IMG/VR virus record: IMGVR_UViG_3300020196_000003
Strand: one strand, 5' to 3'
Length of the DNA: 64,000 bases
DNA from: a virus
Positions 40,818-50,420 of the stretch are shown here, piece after piece. The notes below the pieces were generated by a model, which saw nothing but the letters and a program-made list of their open reading frames with translations, was not told where the DNA came from and searched no databases. Numbering within the stretch: position 1 is the first letter of the stretch; each line of letters starts with the position of its first letter. A program made the position numbers and the translations under genes.

Positions 40818-42671
40818 TTACTGCGGTTTGTTTTTAGTACCAGTCTCTGCTGATGGAGATTTACCAATCATAAGACTATAAATACTTTTAGCAAAATCTT
40901 GGTCATTGAATGCCGCTTCTGCCACATTTTGAAAGTCTGATTTACTTAAATTTGCAGTATTGGGTCCTCCGTTAACAGTAACTTCATGTTTTACCGTCAC
41001 TTGACCTGAAGCCTCGACTTTTTTTGGATCTCCGTAAGCCTTTTCAAATGTATTTTTCATTTCTTGGAATGTTTTAGTAGCAGCATCATCAATAGCTGTT
41101 TTTCCTTTTGTTTCCATGTCTGAAAGATTTTTAACTAAATCGCTCAAGTTTTTTTGGTATCCTTGTTCGTCTCCTTTAAGCAAAGATTTAATTGACTCTT
41201 CTACAGGCGTTAATACTTGACTGATTGGTTTTCTAGTTCCCTCTGTTGTTATTGGTTGATTTATACCCCTCGCGTAATCTGTATTTAGTTTCATCATAGT
41301 AGTAAATAATTTTTCAACAGGTTCTGCGGTTGCCCTTCCAAAACCAACGGCCGCCTTTGTGCCACCTATCGCAAGATTAATTTGTTGTAGTTGAGTTAAT
41401 TGATCGTATGCTAATTGTTCAACAGTTTTTGCTTGTTCCGTTTGAGATTCTTTTAATTTTGTAATATCTTCGGGAGTCAATTGATCGACTTGTTTTAACA
41501 CAACTTCTCCAGTTTTCTCATCTTTAACGTTTATAGTTGCAACTCCATCCTTCATTTGTGCCATGCTAGCAATCAACTCTTTTGTTTCTTTATTACCTTC
41601 GGCAAAACTTGGAAGTTTTATTTGGGACATTTTTTTGTCAAAGTCGGCGGCTTTAATAGACATCCCGGCAAGTTCATCAGCTGTCATTCCAAGAGCTCCT
41701 GCAACTTCGCGTAATCTTCTTTGAGCTCCTGGCATTATTTCAAACTTATTTGTTTGTTCATTAAATTTTGTAAATTCTTTAGATATGTTTAATATTTCAT
41801 TTTGTAGTGCTGCCGGATCATTTTGAGCCATGTCCATTGCTCTCAACGGATCTAATAATGCACCACTTGTAACTCCCAATCTTTGAAGTTCGGCCGACAT
41901 TTCTATCGCTTTTTCAGGAGAAAATAAATCGTCGGCAATTTTGAATACTTTACTCATGTCTACCCCAAGTCTAGCTGCTTGAACGGACATTTTAGTTAAC
42001 CCCTCAATTCCATTGTTAAAATTATACAAATTTAATTTTCCGATATTTGATACAACTAAATTAGACACCCCTGCTACTGAAACTCCAGCACTTCTTGCTG
42101 CGTTGGCAACTTTTAACATTTCATCTCCAACATCATATATTGATATTCCAACCTCTCTGAAGTTTTTAGTTAAAGTCCCTATTTCTTGTCCAGTACCTTG
42201 TGCGGCAGCACTCATTTCGACAATAGCCTCTTTACCTATACTTGCGGCCCCACCTAAACCTTCTGCCATTTTTTCTATATTTTTTACTGCGTTTTCTTGT
42301 TCAATTCCCATTCTAATTAAGTCTGGAGAAACGTCAGCTATAGATTGTCTGAATTCTTCCATTCTTCCTTTACCAACACCCATAGTAGCCGACAAGGATG
42401 TTGCTTGTTCATCTAAAAGTTTAAGGAATGGATCTTTGTTCAATCCTTCACCAGCCAACGCATTACTTACTGATTGCATAGTGGATTGTGTTGTATCTAG
42501 AATACCTTTTAATCCGACAGTCCAAGAATTAATTAATTTTGGATTAAAGTTAAGTAAGTCTGATTTTTCCTCTAATGATCCTACACCCCCTTGGATCCAT
42601 TGTTTTTTAGCCTTTGCAATCTCGTCAGCAACTAATTTTTCAACCTCTGCTTTAGTAAATGTATCCCCCAT
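40818..42671 (-). CDS. Tape measure protein
   Basis: 617-aa Ala/Met/Gln-rich helical protein directly downstream of the tube and chaperone genes. Confidence 0.7.
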   Translation of the reverse strand: MGDTFTKAEVEKLVADEIAKAKKQWIQGGVGSLEEKSDLLNFNPKLINSWTVGLKGILDTTQSTMQSVSNALAGEGLNKDPFLKLLDEQATSLSATMGVGKGRMEEFRQSIADVSPDLIRMGIEQENAVKNIEKMAEGLGGAASIGKEAIVEMSAAAQGTGQEIGTLTKNFREVGISIYDVGDEMLKVANAARSAGVSVAGVSNLVVSNIGKLNLYNFNNGIEGLTKMSVQAARLGVDMSKVFKIADDLFSPEKAIEMSAELQRLGVTSGALLDPLRAMDMAQNDPAALQNEILNISKEFTKFNEQTNKFEIMPGAQRRLREVAGALGMTADELAGMSIKAADFDKKMSQIKLPSFAEGNKETKELIASMAQMKDGVATINVKDEKTGEVVLKQVDQLTPEDITKLKESQTEQAKTVEQLAYDQLTQLQQINLAIGGTKAAVGFGRATAEPVEKLFTTMMKLNTDYARGINQPITTEGTRKPISQVLTPVEESIKSLLKGDEQGYQKNLSDLVKNLSDMETKGKTAIDDAATKTFQEMKNTFEKAYGDPKKVEASGQVTVKHEVTVNGGPNTANLSKSDFQNVAEAAFNDQDFAKSIYSLMIGKSPSAETGTKNKPQ

Positions 42672-42696
42672 TATTTAGTTTTTTAAATAAATATTT

Positions 42697-42852
42697 TTAA
42701 TCTTTGTTTTGTTCTTCAACAAATTTTTGTATTAAATACTTTCTTACATAAGTTGGCATTGACATAAACTCTGAATATTGAGTTCGGAATATTTTGGAAA
42801 AATAATAAAGTTCATCCAAAATTGTTTTTTTATAAGGCAAAGAAAGGCCGAA
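42697..42852 (-). CDS. gp51/GT-like tail chaperone C-terminal ORF, probably expressed by frameshift
   Basis: ILDELYYF...YSEFMSMPTYVRKYLI motif. It overlaps the upstream chaperone in the +1 frame and has no convincing own start. Confidence 0.6.
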   Translation of the reverse strand, partial: FGLSLPYKKTILDELYYFSKIFRTQYSEFMSMPTYVRKYLIQKFVEEQNKD

Positions 42853-43600
42853 AAAACTCCACCCCAAAAGTAATGTCAACCATTACTCTTTCTCCTGACG
42901 GGGCGATTACTTCTTTTGATAAATCCAATCTTGGTTCGTTACTATATAAAAATTTTCTGATGTATTTAGAATCTAATATTGGCATTGACTCCACAAACGA
43001 TGATATTTTAATTCTATCTGTATCACCATCTAAAGAAACAATATGTTTATTCAATTTTGTAGTAATAGTTGGTGCCACTCTAAAAGAGGGATAGCTGGCT
43101 AGTGTTTTACTAAGGTCTATTGTTTCACTTAGAGATAGTAGTTTTAATGTTACATTTTTTTTCGAAACAGGTAATGTAACTTCAAAAAGTCCATGTTCGT
43201 TTGGACTTGTTTCTACTTTTTTATAATTCAATTCGTCTAAATAAACAGAGGTCGAAAAATTTTCGTTGGTTTTTGGGTCAACAACGGTAACTTTATACTC
43301 TGGCCCAAATGCGGTGTTTCTTAGAAATAAAAGTATAGCTTCTACATCTCCGTCTAATAATTCTTCTGGTCTTAAATCGTGTTCGAAAAGTTTATTTCTT
43401 AATAGGGGTAGTATTATAGTTTCATTAACACTTCGTGTTCCATTAAAGTCCGACAGTATGTTTTCATCAACTGCCGTTAGGTATCCTACTTTTACCGATT
43501 TTTTTTTAGATTTATAATAAACTCCTTGAGTTGGTAGGTTAATAACGTCATGTGGTAGAGTTAAATTCCCATGACCTACAGTGTATTCATTTTGTTCCAT
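42830..43600 (-). CDS. Tail/baseplate hub assembly chaperone (T4 gp26-like)
   Basis: LPTQGVYY, YLTAVDENIL, GDVEAILLFLR..AFGPEY and VTLPVSK; ends ITFGVEFFRP; lies between tube and tape measure. Confidence 0.75.
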   Translation of the reverse strand: MEQNEYTVGHGNLTLPHDVINLPTQGVYYKSKKKSVKVGYLTAVDENILSDFNGTRSVNETIILPLLRNKLFEHDLRPEELLDGDVEAILLFLRNTAFGPEYKVTVVDPKTNENFSTSVYLDELNYKKVETSPNEHGLFEVTLPVSKKNVTLKLLSLSETIDLSKTLASYPSFRVAPTITTKLNKHIVSLDGDTDRIKISSFVESMPILDSKYIRKFLYSNEPRLDLSKEVIAPSGERVMVDITFGVEFFRPFFAL

Positions 43601-43618
43601 TTTTTTTAAAAAAAAGAT

Positions 43619-43650
43619 AAAAAAAAACCGTAACTAGTAAAGTATACGGT
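43619..43650 (-). terminator. Putative terminator after tail tube gene
   Basis: - strand ACCGTA...TACGGT stem followed by a T-run. Confidence 0.5.
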
Positions 43651-43674
43651 CTTTTATAATATGTATGTTTTTTA

Positions 43675-44163
43675 TTAGTAAACTAATATACATCTATCCA
43701 TTTGCATTGAACAAGTAATTCCCGCAATACCATCTTGCGAATATGAAAGACTTCCTCCGTCGTAACCTAAAAGAAATGCCCCTTCTAATATCCATTTTTC
43801 AACTACAACACCTGTTGGGTCTAACATTTCAAGATCTACATTTTTTTTGTAACCTGCAGCATATCCCATACGACCTGTAACAGACTCCGCACAGGTACGA
43901 ATCCATTCCATAATTGCTTGAGACGCAGATGGTCCAATAGGGTCTCGAAATTTAACTTGAAGTGCTTCCCATTTAAATCTACCCGCAACATATGTTTCAG
44001 TGTTTAGAAACTCTATAGCTTTTGACGTAATCGTAAGTTTTGGGCGTGAGGTACTTTCAACATACCACTCATTTATTCCAAGTGACGATGGAAATCTGAG
44101 GATCCATCGGTTTTCCCTTTTTGGTTCGTAGGGAATCGGCATTTTCATTAACAAATCAGCCAT
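43675..44163 (-). CDS. Tail tube protein (gp19-like)
   Basis: 162 aa; EPKRENRW, YVAGRFKW, YKKNVDLEMLDPTG.VVEKW.LEGAF. Confidence 0.85.
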   Translation of the reverse strand: MADLLMKMPIPYEPKRENRWILRFPSSLGINEWYVESTSRPKLTITSKAIEFLNTETYVAGRFKWEALQVKFRDPIGPSASQAIMEWIRTCAESVTGRMGYAAGYKKNVDLEMLDPTGVVVEKWILEGAFLLGYDGGSLSYSQDGIAGITCSMQMDRCILVY

Positions 44164-44200
44164 GTTTTAATTTTTTTTTAATTTTGTTTTATTTTTTATT

Positions 44201-44207
44201 ATAAATA
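44201..44207 (-). promoter_or_regulatory. TATTTAT putative phage late promoter (example: tail tube gene)
   Basis: The same coding-strand motif precedes about 20 genes in the window (see findings). Confidence 0.65.
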
Positions 44208-44274
44208 TGAAGTTTTGAAAAATTTTCTATTTACTTCGAATTTTTTTTAAATTAATTATTATTTAGTGGTTTAA

Positions 44275-45105
44275 TTATTTAAATTTAGTTTTTTTTCCAC
44301 CTCCTGTATGATAAATATCTAATCCTGATTCATCATCAAAATTTCTTTTCATCGCTCGAACGTTTTTTAAATCATCATCTGAAAATCCAATATATGGAGT
44401 AAAGTGATTACTTATTTTGTTCTTCAGATAAGCCTTTTCTTGTAGTCTTTGAGATAGTGTCCTAATATACTCCATAAACTGTTTCATCGCACTTACTTTA
44501 AGTTCTTCAGGATTCGCAGCAGAACCCTCACCGAAAGTGACAGGATGATACTTACACATTTCTAAATAAGATTGGATCAATTCTTCATCGGACAAATCTT
44601 CCTCATCATTTATTTCACGATATTTTCGAAGATTTTTTACTAACTTATCTTTATCTAATCCATGTTTATTTTTTTTTATAAGTTGATATATTGTAGTTTT
44701 AAATATACTTGGTGTGTGTCCTCTTGCGGTAATTATTGAAAAAATTGATCCGTTATTTACTGCCTCCACAAAATCGGGCCAAGCAGGACCTACAGGTGAA
44801 TTCATAGAATCAATCAAAAATTGATCATCATATGTTACACCAAACTCTATGTAATCATCTTTTGCCGTACCGATTATAGTATGTCCTTTATAATTAAAAG
44901 GTTTTTTTCCTACAATTTCTCTATATTTAGCAAAATCTTTTGTGGTCATACCAACAACATTTCCTTCATCATCCTTTAGACGGATAAAAGTTGGCATATA
45001 CATTAAATTATCATCCCAGTCAAACGCATAATATTTCATTGTTGGTGTCAGTTGGTCTTGTATTATTTCTGATATAATACCTCTTACTAATTTTTTATAG
45101 TCCAT
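44275..45105 (-). CDS. HAD-superfamily hydrolase/phosphatase
   Basis: Motif I FDWDDNL, motif II IITARGH, Lys (ELK) and motif IV GFSDDD.KN. Confidence 0.65.
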   Translation of the reverse strand: MDYKKLVRGIISEIIQDQLTPTMKYYAFDWDDNLMYMPTFIRLKDDEGNVVGMTTKDFAKYREIVGKKPFNYKGHTIIGTAKDDYIEFGVTYDDQFLIDSMNSPVGPAWPDFVEAVNNGSIFSIITARGHTPSIFKTTIYQLIKKNKHGLDKDKLVKNLRKYREINDEEDLSDEELIQSYLEMCKYHPVTFGEGSAANPEELKVSAMKQFMEYIRTLSQRLQEKAYLKNKISNHFTPYIGFSDDDLKNVRAMKRNFDDESGLDIYHTGGGKKTKFK

Positions 45106-45126
45106 AATAATAAATATTCTATAAAT

Positions 45127-45156
45127 AAAAAAAAGGGGAACTAATGTCCCCCTTTC
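45127..45156 (-). terminator. Rho-independent terminator after sheath gene
   Basis: - strand AAAGGGGA-CATTAGT-TCCCCTTT followed by a T-run. Confidence 0.8.
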
Positions 45157-45172
45157 ATTTTAATTAACCACA

Positions 45173-48100
45173 CTAAATGTTTTCGAAAGATGCTCCTGTT
45201 GGAGTAATATAGAATGTAATGTCAATGAATTCGAGAGACCTTGTTGGTTTGATGTAAATTTTTCCTGTTAATTGGTTTCTATCAATATCTTCAGGATCGC
45301 TTGAAACTGTAACTCTGAAGTCAAATAAACCTCGATCTCTTCTAATTGAGTCTAAAATTGGATTAACTGCGTTTAGGAAGTCTTGTCTAACTTGTGCGTC
45401 GTTCTGTTCGAACAATAATCGTACTGAAACCGCTGAAATTAACTTACGTGCTTGTAACAATAATCTTCTAACATTGATTCTATCAAGAGCGGATTCTCGT
45501 AATTGTAGTGTTTTGTTACCCCATATTACAGTTCCTACGTCAGAATAAGTTGCAATTGGATTAATTCTACCAACATATAAAATGTCTCTATCCTCTTGAG
45601 TCAATTTTTTACGAGCTTTGATACAATTAACTATACCTCTAGTATATCCTGCTGCCGCAAACCATGGAAAGGCAATATTATCTGTTAAGGCTAAGTTTCT
45701 TGTTACTTCAGCTGTTGGTGGGATATAAATTTGAGTGTTATTTACACTATCTCTTGTCAATACCCACGGATAATAAGTTGCCGTATAGTTTGAATCAATT
45801 CCTGTATTTTCTAAATTATCAACCGCTTCTGTTGGGTAAATGAAACCGTCGATACCAGTTACAGTTGGTAAATATAAATCATAATCGGGCGTTGTACATA
45901 CATACAAAGAATCCGCTCTGTTAAATTCTATCATTTGAACTGCATCCTCAACTAAGTTACTATTATTTAAATAATCAATACCGGGTGTCACAAAAAGATT
46001 TATATTTACTGCTTCAGGATTCGAAAAAGTTTGTTGTCCTAATAAGTATGCGTAGTAGTCGGTGTTTGCAAAATTCTGAGTTCCATCTCCCAAAGAAATT
46101 TCTTTAAAAGCTCCCCAACCCGTCGCGTTAGGGTATCTACTCGATGGACAAGCTCCTCGTAGATAACCGGCTCTACCAATTTGAAATCTATCTTCGTTTG
46201 TTCTGTATTCTCTATATATATCCCACCCATCAAATCCACCTTGTACTAAGAATGTGAATTTACGTGCGAATAATCTATAATATGTATTTGTTGGTAATTC
46301 AGGTTCAGTTATGAAAGCAGAGTTACCACAGACAAATCTTGGAGACCCACTTGTTGAAAATTCAGGACCAAGTGTTAAACCACTTGCATTTATGTCCATG
46401 TGGAAACCTGCAGATCTGTAATTGAACGGAAGACCATCAATATCACAAGAATTTAAAGGATTTCGCTTACCAACATGTTCGAAAAATGCAGGATCCCAAC
46501 CTAGATTATTAGAAATACCTAAGTAAGTTCTTCTCACGTTGTCTCCTGGACTTACCAACGAATCGTCATTACCTGAAGATAAACCAAATGGTGGATTGTA
46601 AATTACCTCACCAGGGAAGTCATATTTACCTTTGATAATTGGGAAAGGTGATTTTGCGCCTGCATAATTTCTAAAGTTAAACCCGTTAAATCCGCAAGGA
46701 AGTGCGTCAATTGGAGCGTCTTCATTCATTTCAACCATTACATATTTTGAATTCAAAATGTATTCCCCATCAAGAGTACCAATTTTATTTGCAATAAAGT
46801 TGTTCTGTCCAGGATCCATTGTACAATTTGTAAATTTTTCTAAAACTACAGGGTTTGCATCGGTATCAAAATAGTCACGAATTAACACATCAAATGTTAA
46901 ATTATTATAGGTTTGATTGATCAACGATATTTTAATCAAAGTGTTTGCCGCATCACCATCAGAAATTGTATAAAATCTAAATAAATCGTAAACTTTGTTA
47001 CCACGTAATTCAGAAACAACATATGGAGAAACTGGTGTTTGCCATCTATCTAAATACCAACCAATCGAATTAGGGTCTCCACTTTGAGCAGAGTCTAACT
47101 CTATAAAATTGGGGTTAAGGCCTCGTATATAACCCTTTCTCCAAGAATAATTTAACCACGATTGGAAAACTTCTTCATTGAACAAAGGAACTTCGATTCT
47201 TGGTTTTTGAAAATTAGAAATCCCAAATACTTTACTAATATATTCAGGATCGTTTTGTGATAAAGATGTTTCGAATGAAAAATTTGTTCCGAATTTGTCT
47301 GTACAATTGACTGCGAATGTTAAATAGGGATTTTTAAGAACCCCTATATATTTACCTGTCATATCCAAACTAGCGTCCGTAATTCCTGTTACTGAATAAA
47401 GTGGATTTGTATCTGTGGTGTAAGTTGAAATACCTCTTGACCTTAATGTCGCAACAACAACATTGTCGTAATCAACGTAAGACGTTCCTGTAAAGTAGTA
47501 TATTTTACCAACAATAGTTCCCGCATAACATTGTATATTCACAGGAGTTGGGGTTGGTGTTGGTGATACAAAAGGAGAGGGAGTTATACATGGATTTACC
47601 GCAGATGGTGTTGGTGTTGGTGATGCACTCGCCTGTGGTGTTGGTGTTGGGAAAGGAAAATATGCTGTTAAACCAGAAATTAAAGTAGAGAACGAAAAAC
47701 CAGTATAGTTGGTATTGCCCATGTTATTAAACAAAGAGTAATACCATGAATCGTTAAACGATGACTCCAAATTAGTATCATCCAATGACACTGAAGGAAC
47801 TTCGAAAACATTTGTTTCTGCCGTCCAACCAGCCCCATTTAAAATATTATAATCACCAGTATCAATTGATCCAAAATAAGCAATTTGTTCATCCTCAGCC
47901 AAATATGGGTTATTACTTGTAATTACATTGAAAATTAAATTATTGATTTGAGTTTCCAATGTTGAAGTATCCCCATTGAATTCTTCATACTGTTCTGTGA
48001 GAATCGATTGAATTTCGTAAGGAAAATTTGCTTGAAAGCCAATAGTCGAAGTTGAGTTAGTGCAAGCCGTAAAAGGTACTGAAAACACTAACTCTTTAGG

Positions 48101-48523
48101 TATAACACAAACATTTTCACAGGTATTGAAGTTAGTGATAGAACTCAAGCACCAAATACCTATTGTGGATGGATCAACATTAGCCGAAGTTGTGATCGAC
48201 CAAGATGGTCCAGCATCGTAACCTGATAACCCTAAAATTCGTGTTACAAATAATTGGTTTGATTGTTGTAGATATGCTTTTGCAATATATGATGCCTCAA
48301 ATTTTGGAATTTGTGTATTTACAAATTTTTCAGGTGAAGTCCCTCCGAATACTGTTTGGAATTCATTGAAATTTGTTATGAAAATAGGTTCGAATGCTGG
48401 ACCTATTAAAGTTTCACCTACTATACCTAATGTAGTTACTCCCACACTTTGAGATACGAAACTCAAATCAACTTCAGAAGTATATACTCCAGGTGAAACG
48501 AAAACTTTACTGTTTGTTGGCAT
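45173..48523 (-). CDS. Tail sheath protein (gp18-like) with Pro/Thr-rich insertion
   Basis: FVSPGVYTSEVD N-terminus, YYPWV, PWFAAAG..RG, WGNKTL, DRINVRRLL and IYIKPTRSLEFI. Confidence 0.95.
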   Translation of the reverse strand: MPTNSKVFVSPGVYTSEVDLSFVSQSVGVTTLGIVGETLIGPAFEPIFITNFNEFQTVFGGTSPEKFVNTQIPKFEASYIAKAYLQQSNQLFVTRILGLSGYDAGPSWSITTSANVDPSTIGIWCLSSITNFNTCENVCVIPKELVFSVPFTACTNSTSTIGFQANFPYEIQSILTEQYEEFNGDTSTLETQINNLIFNVITSNNPYLAEDEQIAYFGSIDTGDYNILNGAGWTAETNVFEVPSVSLDDTNLESSFNDSWYYSLFNNMGNTNYTGFSFSTLISGLTAYFPFPTPTPQASASPTPTPSAVNPCITPSPFVSPTPTPTPVNIQCYAGTIVGKIYYFTGTSYVDYDNVVVATLRSRGISTYTTDTNPLYSVTGITDASLDMTGKYIGVLKNPYLTFAVNCTDKFGTNFSFETSLSQNDPEYISKVFGISNFQKPRIEVPLFNEEVFQSWLNYSWRKGYIRGLNPNFIELDSAQSGDPNSIGWYLDRWQTPVSPYVVSELRGNKVYDLFRFYTISDGDAANTLIKISLINQTYNNLTFDVLIRDYFDTDANPVVLEKFTNCTMDPGQNNFIANKIGTLDGEYILNSKYVMVEMNEDAPIDALPCGFNGFNFRNYAGAKSPFPIIKGKYDFPGEVIYNPPFGLSSGNDDSLVSPGDNVRRTYLGISNNLGWDPAFFEHVGKRNPLNSCDIDGLPFNYRSAGFHMDINASGLTLGPEFSTSGSPRFVCGNSAFITEPELPTNTYYRLFARKFTFLVQGGFDGWDIYREYRTNEDRFQIGRAGYLRGACPSSRYPNATGWGAFKEISLGDGTQNFANTDYYAYLLGQQTFSNPEAVNINLFVTPGIDYLNNSNLVEDAVQMIEFNRADSLYVCTTPDYDLYLPTVTGIDGFIYPTEAVDNLENTGIDSNYTATYYPWVLTRDSVNNTQIYIPPTAEVTRNLALTDNIAFPWFAAAGYTRGIVNCIKARKKLTQEDRDILYVGRINPIATYSDVGTVIWGNKTLQLRESALDRINVRRLLLQARKLISAVSVRLLFEQNDAQVRQDFLNAVNPILDSIRRDRGLFDFRVTVSSDPEDIDRNQLTGKIYIKPTRSLEFIDITFYITPTGASFENI
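47543..47650 (-). repeat. Pro/Thr (ACA-CCA) low-complexity repeat inside sheath gene
   Basis: PTPTPQASASPTPTPSAVNPCITPSPFVSPTPTPTP. Confidence 0.85.
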
Positions 48524-48555
48524 TTTTGAAAAGTCTTTATTTATTTATTTTTACT

Positions 48556-48562
48556 ATAAATA
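48556..48562 (-). promoter_or_regulatory. TATTTAT putative late promoter of sheath gene
   Basis: - strand CAATATTTATAG, 32 nt upstream of the sheath ATG. Confidence 0.65.
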
Positions 48563-48610
48563 TTGCAATTTTTTGTAAAAACTTTACATTGATCAAAATA
48601 TTTATACTTT

Positions 48611-48641
48611 GGTAGGATTTTATTCTGCCTTTATTCTACCT
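48611..48641 (+). promoter_or_regulatory. Putative operator (inverted plus direct repeats) upstream of RHH gene
   Basis: GGTAGGAT(T), then TTATTCTGCC and TTATTCTACC 11 bp apart; the first site is the inverted copy. Confidence 0.5.
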
Positions 48642-48646
48642 ATGTT

Positions 48647-48808
48647 ATGAAAGATCCGAAGAAAATAAAAAATCTTAAAATAGATGCAGAAGTTCACAAT
48701 GTGTTAAAAAAATATTGTGATAAACGAGGTGTTAAAATGTATAAATTTTTGGAAAATTTAATTTTAGAAAAATGTAAAGAAAAAAAAGATATTTACGGAG
48801 AATTTTAA
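48647..48808 (+). CDS. 53-aa ribbon-helix-helix-like DNA-binding protein (not in ORF track)
   Basis: MKDPKKIKNLKIDAEVHNVLKKYCDKRGVKMYKFLENLILEKCKEKKDIYGEF*: alternating beta-strand (KNLKID), helix, G-turn, helix. Confidence 0.7.
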   Translation: MKDPKKIKNLKIDAEVHNVLKKYCDKRGVKMYKFLENLILEKCKEKKDIYGEF

Positions 48809-49848
48809 ATTAAAATTTGTACAAAAGATATTTCAGATTCCAATCCAAGATTTAATTTAGTAACATCAATTTTTAAAGTGTCATCCGTATTAATCTGAAT
48901 TAATGTAACGTCGTCACCATAGTACTGATCATTAATATATACTGAATAACTTATAATGTTAACTGTGTTTTGAAAATTCAAATTACATGTATATTCAAAA
49001 AAATATTCTCGTGATAAGTTTCCTATAGGATAGTTAAGTGTTATTATTTGTGGTTGAACAGGATCTTGTTTTTTTTGGGGTCTTTTTATTGGTCTTTGAT
49101 CTACTTCATACATTTGGATAGTTCTTGATATCGCAGGACTGACCTCAAATTTATTTTCATCGATTAAAAACCCCATCATTGTAAAATCATACTTTTGAAT
49201 ATAGTATTTTCTTTTTTCTAAATCCATTACAGACTCGTCCGTGAATGAATCATTAATAATTGGAATATAATGTCCGTTTATTGTTTGATACGCTTGTCTT
49301 GAAGCAAAAGTTTCCATTACTCTTTGATTTAATGTATTAACCTCTCTCATTCTATTACAAACTATTGCAACTGAGTATTTTAAATCGATAGGAAGTGGTT
49401 GTGGTATTTTATAAATGTCAGATCCTACAACATTTCCATTCCATGTTGGTACTTGCATATAATAATACATTCTTCTATTAGGAATACCATACATCACCGC
49501 AGGGTTGTTTCCGTATTTAACTTCAGGGTTTCTAATAACCGTAATAAAGGGTGGTTCTAAGTTCTTATCGATATTTTGTAAGTCCCATGTTTCAACAAAC
49601 TGAGACCAATTTTGAGTTGTTACTAATATATCAACAACAGGTATATTAATTCCTTCAGAAACAATTTTGAATTTTTCTTTTACAAAATCCAAAAATCCAC
49701 GATCCAAATCTGTATGAAGAAGCGATTTAGGAAGATAAGTTCCATCTTTGGTAATCATATCTTTGATTTGTTCCCTTCTTGGTAAAAGAGTTTTTGGGTA
49801 AGTCAAAGGTAATGTAGGTTTAACAGGTCCTTTCTTTGGTATTGCCAT
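48805..49848 (-). CDS. Tail terminator / sheath stabiliser (gp15-like)
   Basis: PLPIDLKYSVAI and YDFTMMGFLID motifs; lies between neck and sheath genes. Confidence 0.55.
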   Translation of the reverse strand: MAIPKKGPVKPTLPLTYPKTLLPRREQIKDMITKDGTYLPKSLLHTDLDRGFLDFVKEKFKIVSEGINIPVVDILVTTQNWSQFVETWDLQNIDKNLEPPFITVIRNPEVKYGNNPAVMYGIPNRRMYYYMQVPTWNGNVVGSDIYKIPQPLPIDLKYSVAIVCNRMREVNTLNQRVMETFASRQAYQTINGHYIPIINDSFTDESVMDLEKRKYYIQKYDFTMMGFLIDENKFEVSPAISRTIQMYEVDQRPIKRPQKKQDPVQPQIITLNYPIGNLSREYFFEYTCNLNFQNTVNIISYSVYINDQYYGDDVTLIQINTDDTLKIDVTKLNLGLESEISFVQILI

Positions 49849-50363
49849 TATAATCCTCTAAATTCATTTGGTCCAACAGGAGCCGCGATTATGGTCTTGA
49901 AAAAAGGTTTGAACCCTTTATACGTATGTTTTGTATCAGATACAACTCGACCATCATTAACAACCGTATAATAACGAACAAAATTTTCACTATCGTAATA
50001 ACCAACGTAGTCTCCAAAATCAATATCTATTTGTAAATCTTGTAAAGTTTTCAAATAAACCGATATTGTAATGTTTCCTGGCTCAACCTGATCCATTTTT
50101 GTTGATGTCCCAATAAATTTGTTTTCGGGGGCTGCGATAGTTACTTGAGCATTAAACTCAACGGGGGGTAAAAATTTTATTCCGTCACTAACAACTTCAC
50201 CATAAACATCATCGGTTTTAATTTTGTTTGTATCAATTTTATATAAAACACAAGTGTAATTCATGTCACCAATTAACCACTCTTGACCCATACCAATCTC
50301 AAGTTCAAAGTCTTTATCTCCAAAAAATTTACCAAGTCTTGTTATTGGAACATTACTCTTCAT
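49848..50363 (-). CDS. Neck / head-closure protein (gp14-like)
   Basis: LYKID....DDVYGE....F.PPVE, and IDFGD..Y....YY.V. Confidence 0.6.
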   Translation of the reverse strand: MKSNVPITRLGKFFGDKDFELEIGMGQEWLIGDMNYTCVLYKIDTNKIKTDDVYGEVVSDGIKFLPPVEFNAQVTIAAPENKFIGTSTKMDQVEPGNITISVYLKTLQDLQIDIDFGDYVGYYDSENFVRYYTVVNDGRVVSDTKHTYKGFKPFFKTIIAAPVGPNEFRGL

Positions 50364-50420
50364 TATATTGTTTTATTGATAAATATTTATTTTATTGTTA
50401 TTTTTAGTAAAAGACTTGGA

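Noticed and set aside
50283-50420. N-terminal extension of the SNF2 ORF
   Set aside because: It overlaps the divergent neck gene and promoter motif; TTG at 50421 is a more plausible start.
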